A stretch of DNA of 26,717 bases from Octopus sinensis (taxonomy: Eukaryota). Below, piece after piece: positions 21,271 to 26,717 of the stretch. Below the pieces are notes generated by a model. It had not been told where the DNA came from and ran no database searches. It saw only the letters and a list, made by a program, of their open reading frames with translations. Made by a program: the position numbers and the translations under genes. Within the stretch, counting starts at the first letter, position 1. The number at the start of each line of letters is the position of its first letter. Location of the stretch: positions 1 through 26,717 of the forward strand of contig NW_021834117.1 of the NCBI RefSeq assembly GCF_006345805.1. Reading direction: 5' to 3'.

Positions 21271-21639
21271 CATGTCACTCCACCCAACACGTCCCATATT
21301 GCACAGAACGTTACAAAGTACATTGCTAAGCTATACAGCATCGCCATATTGTACACTTTATAACACCATATTACATCACACAACGCCGCCATTTTGAACT
21401 ACACAATACTACCATATTACCCGCCACACAACATCAATATGACGTGATTACTTTATAACTGACATCCATTTTTACAATTCCATGATCCTCTCTTCGTCGC
21501 CCTTCTCTAGTTTCTTAAATATTCCGAATAACCCTTGTCTTATTCCATATTTATATTTTAATGTCCCCCGTCTCAATCTCTGTCCTGTTAGTTTATTTGT
21601 ATATCTATGATATTGACCAATCATCTGCCGTTCTACTGG

Positions 21640-22484
21640 TGTCTCCACCACCACCAGCACCGCCACTGCCGCCGCCGCCACTTCAGCCTCCGCTATTGCC
21701 GCCCGCCATCATAATGGTCTTCGTCCAAAGTGTTGTCACTGCTATGACCACGAGGACTAACACTTGCTTCCATCGCCAACCCCCACCACCTCCATCTTCA
21801 CTCCCCATCTCCGTAGCCATTATCACCGGCACCACCACCACCACCACCACAATCGCCAAGACCGCGAGAACCACCAAAGCCTCCGCCATCATCACCACCA
21901 CCACCAACACCACCATTATCTGTACCGTCGTCGCCATCAGGGCGACCAACTACAACACCAACACTGCAAGCACCGCTACCACTACAGCCTCAACCAACAG
22001 CAGCAACAACAACAACAAACCCATCACAATCACTACCAACACCACCACCTCTAACAACTACGACACCATCTCCATCGCCTTCGTCAGCATCATCGCGACG
22101 CCTCTAACCGTTGCAGTCGTGCTCGGACCGTCGCTGGTCACCGCCGCCCACCTCCTACCACCATCACAAGCATCTCCTCATCCTGTCACTCCTACCGAAT
22201 ACCAAAAGCGTTTGTGAAGTCTGGAGTTGTTTGAGCAGAGATCAACCACGAAATCTCCACTGTTTAATTAGAACAGATGCAAGGGAGGCGCGGGGAGAGG
22301 GCGAAGGAGGAGGAGGAGGAGGAGGAGGCAGATGGGGAAGAGGAGGAGGAGAGGGGAGGTAGAGGAAGAGGATATAAAACACTACTCACACACACACACA
22401 CACACACACATGAGATTAACCACAAAGTGGCGTTGGTAACGGAAAAAAACGTTGAAGAGCATGACGAGGCTCACTACGATTAAC

Positions 22485-22515
<31 letters not shown>

Positions 22516-22533
22516 GTGGTGATGGAGATGAGA

Positions 22534-22579
<46 letters not shown>

Positions 22580-22605
22580 TAGATGATGGTGGTGATGGAG
22601 ATGAA

Positions 22606-22655
<50 letters not shown>

Positions 22656-22668
22656 CGATGACGATGAC

Positions 22669-22705
<37 letters not shown>

Positions 22706-22900
22706 GTGATGATGGTGATGATGATGATGATGATGATGGTGGTGATGGAGATGAAGATGATGATGATGTTGACGATGATGATAACGACGATGATGATGAT
22801 GACGACGACGACGACGACAACGATGATGATGATCATCATGATCATGATGATGAAGATGATGAAGATGAGGATAAGGAAAAACAAGAGGACTCTAAGCACT
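21640..22900. repeat. (CCA/CCG)n, (GGA)n and (GAT/GAC)n microsatellite fields
   Basis: Directly visible; the poly-D ORF 22486-23166 comes from (GAT)n running into SINE sequence. Confidence 0.95.
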
Positions 22901-22904
22901 TAAC

Positions 22905-23138
22905 AGGAAGCGCTAACGATTCTACCAGCTCGTCAATAATAATAATAATAACGTTAATGGTTCCAAATTACGGCAGAAGGCCAGGAATTTCGGCGGAGGG
23001 GCTAAGTCGATTACATTGTCCCGAGGCTTTCACAGGTAATTATTTTATCGACCTCGACAGGAGGAAAGGCAAAACGACCTCAGCGGTATTTGAACGCAGA
23101 ACGCTAAGCATTTTGTCCGACAATTCTACCAGCCCGTC
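22905..23138 (-). mobile_element. Family-B SINE (22960-23138) plus an adjacent head fragment (22905-22934)
   Basis: Reverse complements read GACGGGCTGGTAGAATTGTCGGACAAAATGCTTAGCGTTCTGCGTTCAAATACCGCTGAGGTCG and GACGAGCTGGTAGAATCGTTAGC. Confidence 0.75.
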
Positions 23139-23270
23139 AATCATAATAATAACAGGAAGGTTCTAAGCCCTTGAAAGACTGTTGAGAACTTGTGGGTATC
23201 TAAGGGTACAGGTATTAACTTGCTACCCATATGAATCCCCTTAGACCGAATCTGAGTCAAACCAAAATGA

Positions 23271-23470
23271 TAATAATCCTTTCTACTGAAGGCACAAGGC
23301 TTGAAATTTGGAGGGGTAGGGGTGGGGAACTAATCAATTACATTGACCTCAGTACACAACTGGTACTTATTTCATTGATCCCTGAAAGGATGAAAGACAA
23401 TGTCGACCTCGGCAGAACTTGAACTCAGAACATGAAAACGAACGAAATGTTGCTAAGCATTTTGTCCGGA
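23271..23470 (-). mobile_element. Family-B SINE with (ATT)n tail
   Basis: CTGGTACTTATTTCATTGATCCCTGAAAGGATGAAAGACAATGTCGACCTCGGCAGAACTTGAACTCAGAAC. Confidence 0.85.
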
Positions 23471-23478
23471 TTTCTCTC

Positions 23479-23703
23479 GGCCACTTGCACGCGTAACCTC
23501 GACGTATTTCTGAGGGAGATTCAGCGTGACACAGAATGGGACAAGGCTGGCCCCTGTTGTATTACAGGTTCCACTCATTTTTTGCCAGCTGAGGTGAGAC
23601 TGGAGCAGAGTGAAATAGTCTTGCTCAAGGACATAACGCTTCGCCGGGACTCGAACTGGCGACCTTAAATTCGTGAGCCGACCACCCTAACCACTCAGCC
23701 ACG
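23479..23703 (-). mobile_element. tRNA-derived CORE-like SINE with a family-C-type 3' part
   Basis: Minus strand: GTGGCTGAGTGGTTAGG (A box), GTTCGAGTCCC (B box), CCTTGAGCAAGAC..TTTCACTCTGCTCCAG, then GGGGCCAGCCTTGTC..GTCACGCTGAAT as at 4502-4535. Confidence 0.8.
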
Positions 23704-23719
23704 TTGTGTCAAGACTAAC

Positions 23720-24440
23720 CACTGCCACTAACAACAACAACAACAACACTACAACATTAACACTATCACCTCTCTACCACTATCACCACCAACACCACCA
23801 CCGCATCATCAACAATCACCATCATCGACATAGCAGCCACATGATCAAACACTACAACACTAGCGCCGCAACAACAACTCCATCAGCACCACCACCAACA
23901 TCACCATCTCCACTAGCCTACCACCACACCATACCAACACTACCACCACACAATCACCAACGCCCCAAACACCTAAACACTCCATCACCAATACTACAAC
24001 TACTACAACTACTACTACTACTGTTGCTGCTACTACTACTACCAGTATTAACACTACTACTACGACTATGGTTACTAATGCTACCACCGTCACTACCACC
24101 ACTACTACTAACATTAATACCACCTCTCCATCACTACTACCACCACCACCACCATTGCCAGCATCACTACTACTGCTACCACCACCACAACCACCATTAC
24201 TACTTCTAACGCCACCACTACGACTACCACTACCATCATCACTACTAAAACTACGACTACCACTACTGCTGCTACCACCACCTCCATCACTACAACTAAC
24301 ACCACCACAGCCACCATCATCACTACTACAACTACTACTACAACCACCACCACCACCACAACCACCACCATCACCACTACTACTACTTGTACCACCACGA
24401 CTAATACTACCACCGCCACTATTGCTGCAGCCGCAGCCCT
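23720..24440. repeat. Degenerate (ACT/ACC/ATC)n field
   Basis: Directly visible. Confidence 0.9.
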
Positions 24441-24760
24441 CACCGTTGTGGTCAATTCCAAACAGGATAAGACATGAAAACGTGGAAAATCGAGCAAATC
24501 ATTAAAAGAGGAAACCCTTTATTCCCTAAAGAAGGAGTTTTTGGAGAATATTCCACGATCGACTGACCCTTTTGTTTGGTCATGTGATCCCTTAAGGATA
24601 AGGGAACAGCCATAACATAATAAACGAGCTTCTCCTTAGATTGACACAGCTTTCCTTTTCATCGTAACCAGGTTTGCTTTAGCGAGATGGGAGTAGGGAA
24701 GGGGCCGAGCGGCCATCTTCCTTAATCCCTTGTTTTGTTAGTATTAGTATCAAGAAGAAA

Positions 24761-24938
24761 GTGGTGAGCTAAGCAAGTTTATTAATGCACCGGTCTCAGT
24801 TCAAATGCCACTGAAGTCGACTTTTGCCTTTCGTCCTTTCGGGGTCGATAAATTAAGTAACAGTTGCGTACTGGGGTCGATCTAATCGACTGGCCCCACC
24901 TCCCCAAAAATTTCCGTCCTTGTGCCTAGTGTAGAAAA

Positions 24939-24940
<2 letters not shown>
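24761..24940 (+). mobile_element. Family-B SINE running into a long (TTA)n tract (to 25009)
   Basis: GTCGACTTTTGCCTTTCGTCCTTTCGGGGTCGATAAATTAAGTAACAGTTGCGTACTGGGGTCGATCTAATCGAC. Confidence 0.85.
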
Positions 24941-25010
<70 letters not shown>

Positions 25011-25174
25011 TTTTTTATTTCTTCTTTCAAATTTGCTTCCATTTCTTGCTGAGTGTCTTCCCGACTCCTAGGGCAAAGAAACTCATAGTATACATTGGTA
25101 GGCCATTAAACCAAACTCAGTAGTTCGTTTCATTTTTTTTTTAAGTTATTATTACATTATTATTATTATTATTA

Positions 25175-25216
<42 letters not shown>

Positions 25217-25233
25217 TTATTATTATTATTATT

Positions 25234-25480
25234 CGAGTAGTTTTATTTTTATAGCGTGCTTTCACTTCACTACCGAGCGCAGCTCTGTATGCCTTGGGTA
25301 TTGCTGTGATTGTTGTGATGCTCTTATGGTTATTGTATGGAAGTGTTCTGCGTAGGATGTGTGCAGTGCCTAGTAGTGCAATTTTCTGTATGTTATCTGT
25401 GTTTTGTAAGTCCTGGTGTTTTTGTTATGTATTTGTCTGAATATTTTTTTATCATGCCTAATGCACCTACTATGATTATT
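25234..25480 (-). mobile_element. 3' end of an R4/Dong-like RLE LINE embedded in (TAA)n
   Basis: Minus translation IIVGALGMIKKYSDKYITKTPGL / NIQKIALLGTAHILRRTL, then a short 3' UTR and (AAT)n; (TTA)n lies on both sides. Confidence 0.85.
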
Positions 25481-25505
25481 ATTATTATATATATATTGTA
25501 TATTA

Positions 25506-25554
<49 letters not shown>

Positions 25555-25560
25555 TTATAT

Positions 25561-25912
25561 GGCAACGAGCTGGACAAAATGCTTAGCTTCTGTATGTTCC
25601 GAGTTCATATTCCCCCGAGATCGACTTTACCTTTCACTTTTTCGAGATCGATAAAGTAAGTACCAATCGACTTACCCATGTCCTCAAAATTCCAGGCCTT
25701 GTCCCTTTAAACAGAAAAGATTATTTGGGTCACAAAGAAGGCGACGAACTGACAGAATTGTTACCACCGCGGATGAAATGCTTAGCGGCGTTTGTTCCGG
25801 CTTTACGTTCGGGTCGATAGAATAAGTACGAATCGATCACTGAGGTCGATGTAATCGATTTGCCCCGCTCCTCAAACTGCTGGTCTTGCGCCAAAATACG
25901 AATGAGTTATTA
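25561..25912 (+). mobile_element. Two diverged, internally deleted family-B SINEs in tandem (25561-25725, 25740-25912)
   Basis: Heads GGCAACGAGCTGG..AAAATGCTTAG and GGCGACGAACTGACAGAATTGTTA; bodies with GATCGATAAAGTAAGTACC and GGTCGATAGAATAAGTAC. Confidence 0.75.
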
Positions 25913-25950
25913 TTAGTAACAGGAAATAGGGAGAACAGGAGAGGGAGTTT

Positions 25951-26016
<66 letters not shown>

Positions 26017-26019
26017 CAA

Positions 26020-26059
<40 letters not shown>

Positions 26060-26062
26060 GTA

Positions 26063-26457
26063 TACTCTTTTACTCTTTTACTCTTTTACTTGTTTCAGTC
26101 ATTTGACTGCGGCCATGCTGGAGCACCGCCTTTAATCGACCAAATCGACCCCGGGACTTATTCTTTGTAAGCCCAGTACTTATTCTATCGGTTTCTTTTG
26201 CCGAACCGCTAAGTGACGGGGACGTAAACACACCAGCATCGGTTGTCAAGCAATGCTAGGGAACAAACACAGACACACAAACCCACACATACATATATAT
26301 ACAATATAGACGACAGCTTCTTTCAGTTTCCGTCTACCAAATCGACTCACAGGTATTGGTCGCGGCCCGGGGCTATAGCAGAAGACATTTGCCCAAGATG
26401 CCACGCAGTGGGACTGAACCCGGAACCATGTGGTTGGTTAGCAAGCTACTTACCACG
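26063..26457 (-). mobile_element. Family-A SINE, nearly full length
   Basis: Reverse complement aligns end to end with 3447-3876; internal microsatellite is much shorter. Confidence 0.9.
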
Positions 26458-26673
26458 TATTAATGCGACCGTTGGTTATAGGTTATGTAATGCCTCAACA
26501 ATTATTCAGGCTTGAAAATTTGTTGAAGTATTCCTTAACATGAAACCAATGGTATTCTTAATACACAAATAATGAATCTTTATTCACCAATGCGTGTTGA
26601 GCGCTCATTCTCATTGTTTGATATTTACATGTATATGTATGTGGTGAGTGTATATGTGAGTGCGCACATGTAA

Positions 26674-26714
<41 letters not shown>

Positions 26715-26717
26715 CTT

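Noticed and set aside
22486-23166. 226-aa poly-Asp ORF resembling acidic biomineralisation proteins
   Set aside because: It is a (GAT/GAC)n tract whose C-terminal part is antisense SINE sequence, with no signal peptide or splice support.
98-26515. Most ORFs in the six-frame track (poly-YI, CV, HT, M, H, T, V, G, D)
   Set aside because: They are direct translations of microsatellites, open in several frames and on both strands, with no domain motifs.

Overview
Eukaryotic, very repeat-dense, AT-rich window with no intact host protein-coding gene that I can support. It is probably intronic or intergenic DNA of an octopus or another coleoid cephalopod; this is inferred from memory of the SINE families and from the microsatellite density, not from a search. 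Almost all long ORFs in the track are read-outs of di-, tri- and tetranucleotide microsatellites. Supported content: (1) a decayed Penelope-like element (RT C-terminal half plus GIY-YIG, 8205-9450) followed by a minimal type I hammerhead ribozyme (HHR) fold; (2) three more minimal HHR folds with non-canonical cores in short non-autonomous repeats, two of them a ~95% identical inverted pair; (3) about 20 tRNA-derived SINE copies or fragments built from shared modules, including a 185-bp head-to-tail trimer; (4) two restriction-like-endonuclease (R4/Dong-type) LINE 3' ends, one embedded in (TAA)n; (5) a 399-bp non-autonomous Helitron; (6) three fold-back palindromes; (7) minisatellites with higher-order structure; (8) a candidate recursive splice site on the minus strand. 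All alignments, folds and identities were done by eye.
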